In this document: in pieces, positions 8,685-17,146 of the stretch
How positions within the stretch are numbered: position 1 is the stretch's first letter
Layout of the letters: each line of letters opens with the position of its first letter
Origin: Myxococcota bacterium
GTDB taxonomy: Bacteria; Myxococcota_A; UBA796; SXON01
Direction: 5' to 3'
Length of the DNA: 24,515 nt
Assembly (NCBI GenBank): GCA_040386535.1
Contig: JAZKFH010000088.1
Coordinates: forward strand, 1 to 24,515
Translations under genes and position numbers: made by a program
Notes under the pieces: generated by a model
Databases searched by the model: none
Told to the model about the DNA's origin: nothing
What the model saw: only the letters and a program-made list of their open reading frames with translations

Positions 8685-11471
8685 TCACCGCGCCGTCGCT
8701 TGCAACGCGGCCTCCAGCGTCATGGCAGGGGGCTCCGGCAGCGGGGCGTCGAGCACCCCGAGGTCCCACCGCCGCGCCCGGTGGTCCCAGCTCGTCGTGA
8801 GCACCCAGCGTCCGTCAGGCGAGACGGCCACCCCACTCACCCTCTCGTCGTGTCCCGTGAGCACCGCAAGAAGCTGGCCCGTCGCGGCATCCAGCACCCG
8901 CGCGGTGCCGTCCATCGCCCCGGTCACGACGTGGCGGCCGTCCGGCGTGATCGCGAGATCGAGGATGATGCTCCACGGATGCGGGATCTCCCGCCCCACG
9001 AAGATCGTTCGCTCGCTCGCCCAGGCCCGCACGTCGTTCCCGAGCGCGACGGCGTGGGCACCGGGGGCGCGGCCCGCGGACGCCAGCCGATCCGGCCCGA
9101 TCGACCAGAGCTCGCCCGCCTCGTCGACCGCGAGGGCCTCCCGCAGATCGGGGGCGGCCGCCAGATCGACCATGAGCGGCCCCACGTGTTCGGGGAGGGG
9201 CAGCGGCTCGCCGCGCGGGTCGAAACGATGCGGCCCGCTCGTTCCGTAGTGGATCGTGAGGAAGCTCCCATCCGAAAGCGGCGCGAGGCGCCTGACGCCG
9301 CTGTGAGGTGGAATGGGCGGAAGCACCTCGCCATCGGCCCCGACGCGTCGCAATCCTCCCTGGAGATGCCCTCCCTGAAGATGCGCGGTCCCGCCCGCGA
9401 GCGCGACCGACCCGTCCGCGAGGAAGATCGGGGGCTTGAGGGGCTCGACACCGTCCTGCGCGATGCCGAGTCGGCGTCCCGTCGTGACCGACCACACAGA
9501 CAGGTGCCCGGCGCCACCGGCAAGCGCGATGCGGGAGCCATCGCGCGAAATCGCGCCGCCGGACAGCCCCACGCCCGCAACCAACTCCCGCACCGGAGCC
9601 TCGATCGGGATGTCCCACCGCACGAGCCTGTCGCCGACGGTCCACAACCCGTCGCCCTGGGGTTCGGCGGGGTGAGCATCGGCTGGGAGCGCCGCCACGG
9701 GGCTGCCGGTCACAGGGTCCAGCAGGCGCGCGCCGCGCGAGCCGACGGCGAGGATCCGACCGCCCAACCTCCTTATGGTCAGGACGGCGCCGACCCCGAC
9801 GTCGGTGCTCCACACCACGCGCCCCGTCTCGACAGGAGGTGCGCCGACGCTCCACGCGAAGACCTCCCCTCCGAACGTCCCGACCCACGCGGTGTCCCCA
9901 TCGACGACGATCGACGCCGGGATCGCGGGAGCCTGGGTGAACGGGGTCCGATACGTCACGCCGCCGAGAACGAGGCTCCCGCCGTCGCACGCGGCGGCGT
10001 CCACCACGAGATCCTGCACGATCTCCCCTGTGGGACACGGTGACGGCGCCGTCGTGACCTGATCGTCCTTCCACGTCCAGACGCCCTGCGCTCCGAAGGC
10101 GACGATGCGGTCGCCGAAGGACCGGAAGCGGTGCGCCTGCGGTCGTTTTCCGGCAAGGATCTCCACTCCATCCGACAATCGCAGCAGCGTCGTCGCGTTC
10201 TCGCGATCCAACACGAGCACGCGATCGCGCGACACGGCGATCTGGGAGGCCTTCCGTGCCGACCGCCATCGCGGAGCGGTTGCCCCGCGCTGCCAGGCGC
10301 TGACCCCTTCGTCGTCCGAGCAGAGAACGGTCTCCCCCGCCAGCAGCGGATCGTGGCAACCGGGCGGCAGCGCCACGGACTCGGCGGGCACCAACCGCGC
10401 TCCGGCCGCGAGGCCCGCGAGCACACCCATGGCCTCGGGAGATCGGCCACGCTCGAGCGCATGAATGGCGAGCACTTCCGCCTCCGGGAGCATTCCCGCG
10501 CGAAGGGCCTGCGCGGCGCGCCCGCCGAGCGACGTCGCGAGCTCACGGCGCGCGTCGGCCTCGGCGACGACCGCGCGATCCCGCTCCACCCGGGCCTCTC
10601 GCCATTGCCACGCCACGCCGGTGACACCCCCTAGCGCCACGATCGTCGCGACTCCGACCGTCACCACATGGCGACGAATCCAGCGTGACAGCACTTCGAA
10701 CGACGAGTACCGGTACGCGGCGACCGGGCGCCCGTCGATGAAGCCCGCGAGGTCCGCCGCGAGCGCGCGGGCGTCCGGATACCGCGCTGGCAACGGCGCC
10801 GTGGCCCGTTCGATGATCGCACGCAGCTCTGGAAACGCCTGCGGACCGAGCACCTCCGCGAGCGTACGCCCGAGCGCCCACACGTCGTCGCTCGGCACGG
10901 GCGGATCGCCACGGGCCTGCTCGGGGCTGGTGTAGCCGGACGTGCCGGCGCGGCCCGCGGTGGCGTCACCGGCGAAGCGCGCGAGGCCCCAGTCGACCAC
11001 CTGCGTCTCGCCGAGGTCACCGACCACGATGTTCGAGGGTTTCAGGTCCCGGTGGACCACCCCCGACACATGCGCGTGGGCGACGGCTTCGCACGCCGCG
11101 AGGAGGGCGCGGAGCCAGCGAAGGCGCTCGGCCGGCGTACCCGCGACGACCTGATCGAGCGGTCGGCCGCGCAGAAGCCGCATCGTGTACGTGACGCGCC
11201 CGTCGCGCTCCGTGGTCGCGTCGTAGATGGGCACGATGTTCGGATGGTCGAGCAGCGCGGTGAGGCGGGCCTCGTGGAGGAGCGAGCCGTCCGGCGCGAT
11301 GGCCTCCTTGAGCGCCACTTCGCGTTCGAGGAGGCGGTCCCACACGACGGTGACGACGCCCATGCCCCCGCGTCCGAGGCGCTGGCGACGCTCGTAGCGG
11401 GGGCCCTCGGGCGGCGATGCCCGTGCGGGGTCTCCCCCGCTCCAGCCTCCGCCGCTGTCCGGATCGTTCAT
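8685..11471 (-). CDS. Hanks-type Ser/Thr protein kinase with a hydrophobic segment and WD40 beta-propeller
   Basis: LGRGGMGVV, VALK, HRDLKPSN, DWG, GTSGYTSPEQ, DVWALG; hydrophobic VVTVGVATIVALGGVTGVAW; WD40 repeats such as LTGHDERVSGVAVSPDGRWVLTTSWDHRARRWD. Confidence 0.93.
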   Translation of the reverse strand: MNDPDSGGGWSGGDPARASPPEGPRYERRQRLGRGGMGVVTVVWDRLLEREVALKEAIAPDGSLLHEARLTALLDHPNIVPIYDATTERDGRVTYTMRLLRGRPLDQVVAGTPAERLRWLRALLAACEAVAHAHVSGVVHRDLKPSNIVVGDLGETQVVDWGLARFAGDATAGRAGTSGYTSPEQARGDPPVPSDDVWALGRTLAEVLGPQAFPELRAIIERATAPLPARYPDARALAADLAGFIDGRPVAAYRYSSFEVLSRWIRRHVVTVGVATIVALGGVTGVAWQWREARVERDRAVVAEADARRELATSLGGRAAQALRAGMLPEAEVLAIHALERGRSPEAMGVLAGLAAGARLVPAESVALPPGCHDPLLAGETVLCSDDEGVSAWQRGATAPRWRSARKASQIAVSRDRVLVLDRENATTLLRLSDGVEILAGKRPQAHRFRSFGDRIVAFGAQGVWTWKDDQVTTAPSPCPTGEIVQDLVVDAAACDGGSLVLGGVTYRTPFTQAPAIPASIVVDGDTAWVGTFGGEVFAWSVGAPPVETGRVVWSTDVGVGAVLTIRRLGGRILAVGSRGARLLDPVTGSPVAALPADAHPAEPQGDGLWTVGDRLVRWDIPIEAPVRELVAGVGLSGGAISRDGSRIALAGGAGHLSVWSVTTGRRLGIAQDGVEPLKPPIFLADGSVALAGGTAHLQGGHLQGGLRRVGADGEVLPPIPPHSGVRRLAPLSDGSFLTIHYGTSGPHRFDPRGEPLPLPEHVGPLMVDLAAAPDLREALAVDEAGELWSIGPDRLASAGRAPGAHAVALGNDVRAWASERTIFVGREIPHPWSIILDLAITPDGRHVVTGAMDGTARVLDAATGQLLAVLTGHDERVSGVAVSPDGRWVLTTSWDHRARRWDLGVLDAPLPEPPAMTLEAALQATAR

Positions 11472-11480
11472 CGCCTCGGA

Positions 11481-13304
11481 CTAATGTGCCCAGGACTTGC
11501 AGATGACGTTCGCCCGCGGCCGGCTCGACGTCGAGGCCCCGAAGGCACCGCACCGGAGCTCCCGGTTGTCCGACACGAGATCCACGTCCGCGAAGGCGAT
11601 GGTGCGCATCAGCCGGTCGCCGTAGTAGCCGAGCAGCGCCTCGTCGGTCGTCACCCAGGTGAGGTCGTACGTGGGGTCGTCGAATTCGATCAGCAGCTCG
11701 CCGGTCATCCCGGACACGTCCTCCGCGAACGAGAAGGGCAGGGAGAACTCGGCCTCCGTGACGGCGATGGGGCCGGGCTGCCGGAGGAGGGCGCCGTCGT
11801 GCCAGACGCTGATGGTCCCGCCGAGCACGCTGACGGTCTCCTCGGTGCACCCTCCGAGCCGCGAGCACTCGCCGCCGGTGCGCTCCGCCGTGAAGGCCGC
11901 GCCCGCCATCTCCACCTCGAACTGCATCTTCCCGGCCGACCACTCCCAGGGCACCGTGTCGTCGTCGGTGCCGCCGGTCCACCTCGTATTGGGGGTCTTC
12001 AGCGTGAATCGGCGCACTTCGGTGCCGGAGTCGCCACCGGTACACTCGCCGACCAGCACGTCGTACTTGCCGGTGCCGGCGAGGGTGCGTGCCGTGGGCG
12101 ACATCGTACAGATGTGGCTCGCGACGAAGCCGCCCGCGCTGTCGAGGACCTCGATCTCGAAGAGCTCGTCCGCCATGTCGGCCCAGTCCGGCACGTCGTC
12201 CGGGCTGGCGTAGTCCAGGTCGGGGTGGTCGCCGTCGATGAAGATGTCCGGGAGGGTGCAGCAGCCGCCGGGCTCGTTGCAGGGCTCCTTGTTGCCGCCG
12301 CAGCCGCCCAGCTCCCAGCACACCCCGAGGGTGCCCGGATCCAATGTCACGATGTCGCTGCCGGCTCCTCCCTCGAAGTCCAGCGACGCCGCGATCTCGA
12401 GATCCCGCTGCTCCCCGGGGAGGACGAGCCCCACGCCGAGCTCCCAGGAGTCGTAGGTCACGTCCTGGGGCTGGAGCTTGACCGCGGCGGGCTGGCCGGA
12501 CTTCTTCTTCACGGCGCCGATCGTCTCCAGGTAGGAGACCGTGGCGACTGGCGACAGCGTGGGCGTGTCGCAGACGCGGGACGTGCAGGTGACCGCCGAC
12601 GGATCGTAGAGCGTCACGTCCCACCGCAGCTCGGCGCCCCCTTCGACGGTCCCGTCGGTCGCGACGGAGAGCCCCGAGACGCTGACGTCCCCCTGGAGCG
12701 TGACCGTGCGGCTGTCGATCGCGATCACCGCGTCGAGCCCGAGCTCCTGAAACGTGGCGAAGGTGTCCGCATCGAGGATGCCCATGTCGGCGTCGGTCTG
12801 GAGGTCGCTTCCGGGCCGGTCGTTGGTGAGCTCCACGATCCCGACGAGGCTGGCGTCGACACCCGAGTCCTGCACGTCGACGCGCAGGATCACCGGAACC
12901 TGGGAGGACGGGGAGTCCGGGCCCTTGTAGAAGTCCGCGGTGCGGCGCCCGCTGTCCCTCGCCGCGATGGAAACACTGCCCTTGGCGTCGAACACCACGG
13001 TGACCACCTCCGGGTCGCCAAGCACCGCGCCGCTCGCGTCGAGGTAGTACACGGCCCAGGTGCGGATCGAGTTCGCCGTGTCGCCGGCGAAGAAGATTCC
13101 GCCGCTTCCCTTGCCTTCCCGCTTGTTCACGGTGAGCTCCTCGGTGCCCACGCGGAAGACCGCGCCCGTGGCCGGGTTGGTGACCGCGACGGTGCCCGTG
13201 ATCGTCTGCCGCATCTCGTTGCCATTGTTGTTGAGCTCGTCGGAGATCTTGGCGGTGACGGGGACGGTGAGCGCGAAGGCGGTGGAGACGAGAGAGAGGA
13301 GCAT
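11481..13304 (-). CDS. Secreted beta-rich hypothetical protein with Cys clusters, 607 aa
   Basis: Start reassigned to ATG 13304 (SD GAGG at 13310-13313; short signal MLLSLVSTAFA); 13 Cys counted, including CWELGGCGGNKEPCNEPGGCC. Its stop lies 9 nt before the kinase start. Confidence 0.8.
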   Translation of the reverse strand: MLLSLVSTAFALTVPVTAKISDELNNNGNEMRQTITGTVAVTNPATGAVFRVGTEELTVNKREGKGSGGIFFAGDTANSIRTWAVYYLDASGAVLGDPEVVTVVFDAKGSVSIAARDSGRRTADFYKGPDSPSSQVPVILRVDVQDSGVDASLVGIVELTNDRPGSDLQTDADMGILDADTFATFQELGLDAVIAIDSRTVTLQGDVSVSGLSVATDGTVEGGAELRWDVTLYDPSAVTCTSRVCDTPTLSPVATVSYLETIGAVKKKSGQPAAVKLQPQDVTYDSWELGVGLVLPGEQRDLEIAASLDFEGGAGSDIVTLDPGTLGVCWELGGCGGNKEPCNEPGGCCTLPDIFIDGDHPDLDYASPDDVPDWADMADELFEIEVLDSAGGFVASHICTMSPTARTLAGTGKYDVLVGECTGGDSGTEVRRFTLKTPNTRWTGGTDDDTVPWEWSAGKMQFEVEMAGAAFTAERTGGECSRLGGCTEETVSVLGGTISVWHDGALLRQPGPIAVTEAEFSLPFSFAEDVSGMTGELLIEFDDPTYDLTWVTTDEALLGYYGDRLMRTIAFADVDLVSDNRELRCGAFGASTSSRPRANVICKSWAH

Positions 13305-13371
13305 CGGTACCTCGTGTGGCGCCGTGAGGGTACCCATGCCCCGAGGTGTTGCCATCCTGACGGGATCTCTC

Positions 13372-13580
13372 GTCGAGGAGACGACGTAGACCCGCGCCGC
13401 CGTGTTCCGCCCCGCCGCGCGGGCGCCGACGAGCACGTCGTCGAGGCCATCTCCGTCGAGGTCGCCCGCGTCCAGCGCGCCGCCGGCGCCGTCCGAGCCG
13501 TCCTCCCCGACGAACGGCAAGGCCGCTCTGGCCGCGATCCAGGCGGATCTCGACGCGCTCGGGCCGTTGGCGAAGTAGCG
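13372..13580 (-). pseudogene. FG-GAP repeat gene remnant
   Basis: One intact repeat, FVGEDGSDGAGGALDAGDLDGDGLDDVLVGARAAGRNTAARVYVV, with no credible start and an in-frame stop upstream at 13599-13601. Confidence 0.65.
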
Positions 13581-13656
13581 GCGACGGCGCGTGGACGCCT
13601 ACATCATCGTGAGCACCAGCCCCACGATCCCCACCGCGATGATGAAGGGTTCCCGC

Positions 13657-13684
13657 TTGCTCCGCCTCCCGCCCACCCTACGTT
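13657..13684 (+). promoter_or_regulatory. Putative sigma70-type promoter for the dehydrogenase
   Basis: TTGCTC-16 bp-TACGTT, followed by GGAG/AGGA SD-like sequence and ATG 13707. Confidence 0.35.
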
Positions 13685-13706
13685 CCCCTGCGTGGAGAGC
13701 AGGAAC

Positions 13707-14852
13707 ATGAAGGGTTTAGTCTACAACGGCCCGCGAAACGTGGCCGTGATCGACGTGGCGGAGCCGAAGATCGAGCGGGCGACGGACGTTCTCGTTCGGA
13801 TCACGCGCACCAACATCTGTGGCTCGGACCTGCACATGTACGAAGGGCGCACGGACATGCAGCCGGGGCGCGTCCTCGGGCACGAGAACCTAGGCCAGGT
13901 CGTCGAGGTGGGCCCTGCGGTCGACCGCATCAAGGTGGGCGACTGGGTGTGCCTGCCGTTCAACATCAGCTGCGGCCACTGCCGCAACTGTGAGAAAGGG
14001 TTGACCGCGTATTGTCTGACCCTCAACCCGGGCGGGGTGGGCGCCGCCTACGGCTTCGCGGGGATGGGGCCCTACAACGGCGGCCAGGCCGAGTACCTGC
14101 GCGTACCCTACGGAGACTTCAACTGCCTCCGCCTGCCCCCGGACGCGGAGGCAAAGCAGAACGACTACGTCATGGTGGCGGACATCTTCCCCACCGGTTG
14201 GCACGCGACCCGGCTGGCCGGCCTCGAGCCAGGCGATTCCATCGTCATCTACGGCGCCGGTCCCGTGGGGCTCATGGCGGCCTACGCGGCGATGATCCAG
14301 GGCGCGAGCCGGGTGATGGTGGTCGACCGGTGCCCCGATCGCCTCAAGCTGGCCGCGTCGATCGGCGCGATCCCCATCGACGACTCCCAGGGCTCGCCGA
14401 TCGAGCAGGTGCTGGCCCTCACCAACGGCTCCGGGGCCGACCGCGGCGCCGAGTGTGTGGGGTACCAATGTTGTGACCCGCAGGGCCACGAGCACCCCAA
14501 CCTGACCATGAACAATCTCGTCCGCTCGGTCCGGTACACAGGTGGCATCGGGGTGGTCGGCGTCTTCATCCCGAAGGATCCGGGCGGGGCGGACCCCCTC
14601 GCAAAGGAGGGCGAGATCGTCTTCGACAACGGGCTGTTCTGGTTCAAGGGCCAGCGCATCGGCACCGGGCAGTGCAACGTGAAGGCGTACAACCGGCAGC
14701 TCCGCGACCTCATCCACATGGGTCGCGCGAAGCCCTCGTTCATCGTGTCCCACGTGTTGCCGCTGTCGAAGGCGCCCGAGGCGTACGAGCACTTCGACAA
14801 GCGGGACTTCGGCTGGACCAAGGTGGTGCTCGACCCCTCGCTCTCGCCGTAG
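13707..14852 (+). CDS. fdhA: Zn-dependent alcohol dehydrogenase, glutathione-independent formaldehyde dehydrogenase-like, 381 aa
   Basis: NICGSDLHMYEGRT, GHE, structural Zn motif CGHCRNC-x7-C, GGQAEYLRVPYGDFN, DIFPTGWH, GAGPVG; AGGA SD before ATG 13707. The substrate is inferred from family motifs only. Confidence 0.9.
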   Translation: MKGLVYNGPRNVAVIDVAEPKIERATDVLVRITRTNICGSDLHMYEGRTDMQPGRVLGHENLGQVVEVGPAVDRIKVGDWVCLPFNISCGHCRNCEKGLTAYCLTLNPGGVGAAYGFAGMGPYNGGQAEYLRVPYGDFNCLRLPPDAEAKQNDYVMVADIFPTGWHATRLAGLEPGDSIVIYGAGPVGLMAAYAAMIQGASRVMVVDRCPDRLKLAASIGAIPIDDSQGSPIEQVLALTNGSGADRGAECVGYQCCDPQGHEHPNLTMNNLVRSVRYTGGIGVVGVFIPKDPGGADPLAKEGEIVFDNGLFWFKGQRIGTGQCNVKAYNRQLRDLIHMGRAKPSFIVSHVLPLSKAPEAYEHFDKRDFGWTKVVLDPSLSP

Positions 14853-14863
14853 GCGTCTTACGG

Positions 14864-14892
14864 GGGCGCTCCGCACGGGCGGGCGGAGGCCC
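14864..14892. terminator. GC-rich hairpin between convergent fdhA-like and DsbA-family genes
   Basis: GGGC-g-CTCCGC / loop / GCGGAG-GCCC. Confidence 0.45.
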
Positions 14893-14895
14893 TTC

Positions 14896-14926
14896 CTACG
14901 TCACCAGGGCTCTACGTCACCAGGGC
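14896..14926. repeat. 15-bp direct tandem duplication covering the DsbA-family stop codon
   Basis: CTACGTCACCAGGGC at 14896-14910 and again at 14912-14926. Confidence 0.9.
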
Positions 14927-15480
14927 GTTGTCACCATCGTCTCGCGCATGCCCGCAGCCGAGGCACCCTCCCGGATGGCCGTGAGCAGCGCCTGGTACGT
15001 GTGCGGGCCATCATAACGCACGCCGTCCAGGAAGAACGTGGGGGTGCCATTCACCCCGCTTCTTAGGCCCTCCATGAAATCGCGGCGGATCTTCGAGGCG
15101 TGCCGATGCGACTGCAGATCGCTCGCGAACTGCCTGACATCGAGCCTGAGCATCCCGGCGTAGGAGAGGAGCGAGTGCGGGTCGAGCCGGTCCTGGTGCT
15201 CGAACAACAGGTCGTGCATCGGCCAGAAGGTGCCCTGGGCGCCGGCGGCCTCGGCAGCCTCGGCAGCCAGCATCGCGTCGGGGTGCATCTGGGTGAGCGG
15301 AAAGTGCCGGAAGGTGAAGCGGAACTCGTTCCCAGCCTCGGCCTCGAGCCGCTTGAGGTACATGTGCGCAGCCCCGCAGTATGGGCATTGGAAATCGCCG
15401 TACTCGAGCAGGCTCACGGGCGCGTCTGGCGGGCCCTTCGTCCAGTCCGTTTGATCGATGCCACGTCGAAGCGCGCTCAT
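14917..15480 (-). CDS. DsbA-family (thioredoxin-fold) oxidoreductase with no signal peptide
   Basis: EYGDFQCPYC active site, FRHFPL, GVNGTPTFF cis-Pro loop. Confidence 0.92.
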   Translation of the reverse strand: MSALRRGIDQTDWTKGPPDAPVSLLEYGDFQCPYCGAAHMYLKRLEAEAGNEFRFTFRHFPLTQMHPDAMLAAEAAEAAGAQGTFWPMHDLLFEHQDRLDPHSLLSYAGMLRLDVRQFASDLQSHRHASKIRRDFMEGLRSGVNGTPTFFLDGVRYDGPHTYQALLTAIREGASAAGMRETMVTTPW

Positions 15481-16037
15481 CGGGTCACCTCCAGCTCGCG
15501 TTGCTCCGGCGGGGACGTTCCCTCGATCGGGCGCCCTGCCAGCCGCTCCAGTGCGTCGAGCACGCCGTCCACGCCCGAGCTCACCTCAATCGGGGAGACG
15601 TGACTCCAGAAGATCGTCCCTTGCTTGTCGATTACGTAGAGCGCGCGCTCGGAGAAGCCGTCCTCCTCGCGGTAGACGGCGTAGCGTCGGGACACCTCGC
15701 CCTTCGGGTGGTAGTCCGACACGAGCGGAACCTGCAGGCCGAGGTCGGCGGCGAAGCCGATGTGCGACCAAACCGAATCGGTGGAGATCCCGATGACCCG
15801 AGCGTCGAGTTTCGCGAACTCGGGTAACAGCTCGTTGAGGATGGCGAGCTCGCTCGAACAGACCGGCGTGAAGTCGGCCGGGTAGAACACCAGCACGACT
15901 GCCGAGCCCTTGAAATCGGCGAGCGACAGCCGGCGCGTGTCGGGTGTTGCCGGGAGCGCGAAACCGGGCGCCTGGACGCCGGGCGACAGGCCGTTGGCGC
16001 GGATGCCCGAAACCGACGGGGGCGGAGCTATGACCAT
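15477..16037 (-). CDS. 1-Cys peroxiredoxin (AhpC/TSA, AhpE-like), 186 aa
   Basis: VLVFYPADFTPVCSSEL (PxxxTxxC), GISTDSVWSH, SERALYVID; single Cys. Start at ATG 16037 with SD GGAGG; ATGA-coupled to the DsbA-family gene. Confidence 0.9.
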   Translation of the reverse strand: MVIAPPPSVSGIRANGLSPGVQAPGFALPATPDTRRLSLADFKGSAVVLVFYPADFTPVCSSELAILNELLPEFAKLDARVIGISTDSVWSHIGFAADLGLQVPLVSDYHPKGEVSRRYAVYREEDGFSERALYVIDKQGTIFWSHVSPIEVSSGVDGVLDALERLAGRPIEGTSPPEQRELEVTR

Positions 16038-16249
16038 GAGTGCCTCCGCACAGAACATCGGCACATGTCCCACGCGGGTGTCCCGTTTCGTCGGCTCTGC
16101 AGGGTGCCGGTCGCGCCAGTCCGCTCCCGCCGGGGTCACCGACGGGTTGTCGTGTGTCCGGTTGACGAATCGTCCGCCAGCCTTTGGAGCGTAGGGCGTG
16201 CGCCGACAGGGTGAGGCGCAGGTCCAGGCGTGGAGCCGCGCCACTTTGC

Positions 16250-16362
16250 ACCACGCGTACCGCCCGACGTCCACGCCGGTGGCGCTCACGTGCGCGGCGC
16301 CGCCGTCCAGGCCGGCCCACACCGCGCCCGCCTCGTCCGTGGCCAGCGTGACAGCGCCGCCG
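16250..16362 (-). pseudogene. Possible beta-propeller blade remnant
   Basis: Translates as GAVTLATDEAGAVWAGLDGGAAHVSATG, resembling a ligand-binding propeller blade (LAxDxxGxxWxG); no start context. Confidence 0.3.
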
Positions 16363-16474
16363 CACCGGCCGCGTCCGCGCGGACCGGGTGCCCAGGTCCC
16401 TCTGGATCGCCTTGCCGACGCGCGGCGCTGCTTCCTGAACGCAGACCGGCCATCCGTACGCTACCGTGGCACGC

Positions 16475-17146
16475 ATGTTCCTCCTCCTCCTCGCCGCCGC
16501 CTGGCAGATCGCGCTCGCCGCGCCGGACGGCACGCCGCCATCCGTCGCCGAGGTCCCGTCCCCTGCCGCGGACGCCCCGCCGTCGGACATGCCCGTCCCG
16601 GTCGAGGCCCCGCGCTTCCGCATCGTCGACGCCCCCACCCGCGGCGGCTGGCAGGTGATCGACGCCGACGGCATGGCGCTCGACTCGCGGGCCCTCGCCA
16701 CGGCGCTGGGCGACGAAGCCTCGCTCGCGAAGCTGCGGCGGGAGCGGACGTTCGCCGTCGTGACCGATGGCGTGCTGATCGGGGCGGGCCTCGGCCTCGC
16801 GGCGGGCGGGATCTTCGCGATCACCCTCGCCGGCCCGCCGGTCGACATCGGCACGCGCCCGAACCCGGTCGACTACCCCGAGTACCCCGACTGGCGCAGG
16901 GACGCAGACGCCTGGGAGGCAAAGATGGCGAGCGCGGACGCGCGTGACGAGCGCGTGTGGACCGGCGTGACGCTGCTGACAGGCGCCGTGCTCGCCGGCG
17001 CCCTCGTGCCGCTGACCGGCCAGGACGCCCGCGCGCGGGCCACGCACCCCGCCCTCCTGTGGGACCGCGCCAACCTCTCCCGCGCGCTCACCCCCGCCGT
17101 CTCCGTCGCGCCCGACCGGGTGCGCCTCGCCTGGGTGCTCCCATGA
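16475..17146 (+). CDS. Exported/membrane hypothetical protein with two Gly-rich hydrophobic helices
   Basis: Signal MFLLLLAAAWQIALA; Pro-rich linker; hydrophobic GVLIGAGLGLAAGGIFAITL and VWTGVTLLTGAVLAGALVPL. TACCGT lies 7 nt before ATG 16475; ATGA-coupled to the next gene. Confidence 0.8.
   Translation: MFLLLLAAAWQIALAAPDGTPPSVAEVPSPAADAPPSDMPVPVEAPRFRIVDAPTRGGWQVIDADGMALDSRALATALGDEASLAKLRRERTFAVVTDGVLIGAGLGLAAGGIFAITLAGPPVDIGTRPNPVDYPEYPDWRRDADAWEAKMASADARDERVWTGVTLLTGAVLAGALVPLTGQDARARATHPALLWDRANLSRALTPAVSVAPDRVRLAWVLP

Noticed and set aside
5543..10043. Long plus-strand ORFs 5543-8149 and 7593-10043, and similar shadows (12-1247, 1655-3421, 2724-4379, 16873-18483, 19600-21543)
   Set aside because: They lie antisense or off-frame to well-supported genes; long stop-free shadows are expected at this GC content, and they show no motifs.
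13305..13520. FG-GAP-containing N-terminal extension of the 679-aa ORF
   Set aside because: TTG start with no SD, while the internal ATG 13304 has an SD and a signal peptide; treated as a pseudogene remnant.
13599..13676. 25-aa minus-strand ORF MGGRRSKREPFIIAVGIVGLVLTMM (possible small membrane protein)
   Set aside because: No SD, it overlaps the predicted dehydrogenase promoter and decayed sequence, and it cannot be distinguished from chance without Ribo-seq.
11052..13706. N-terminal ~885 aa of the 1266-aa ORF (apparent giant dehydrogenase fusion)
   Set aside because: It is the antisense shadow of the minus-strand genes; the dehydrogenase starts at ATG 13707 with its own SD.
16038..16322. 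N-terminal extension of the peroxiredoxin ORF, or a riboswitch/ncRNA in the long intergenic region
   Set aside because: The strong SD supports ATG 16037, and no RNA motif was recognisable by eye; an Rfam/Infernal scan would be needed.
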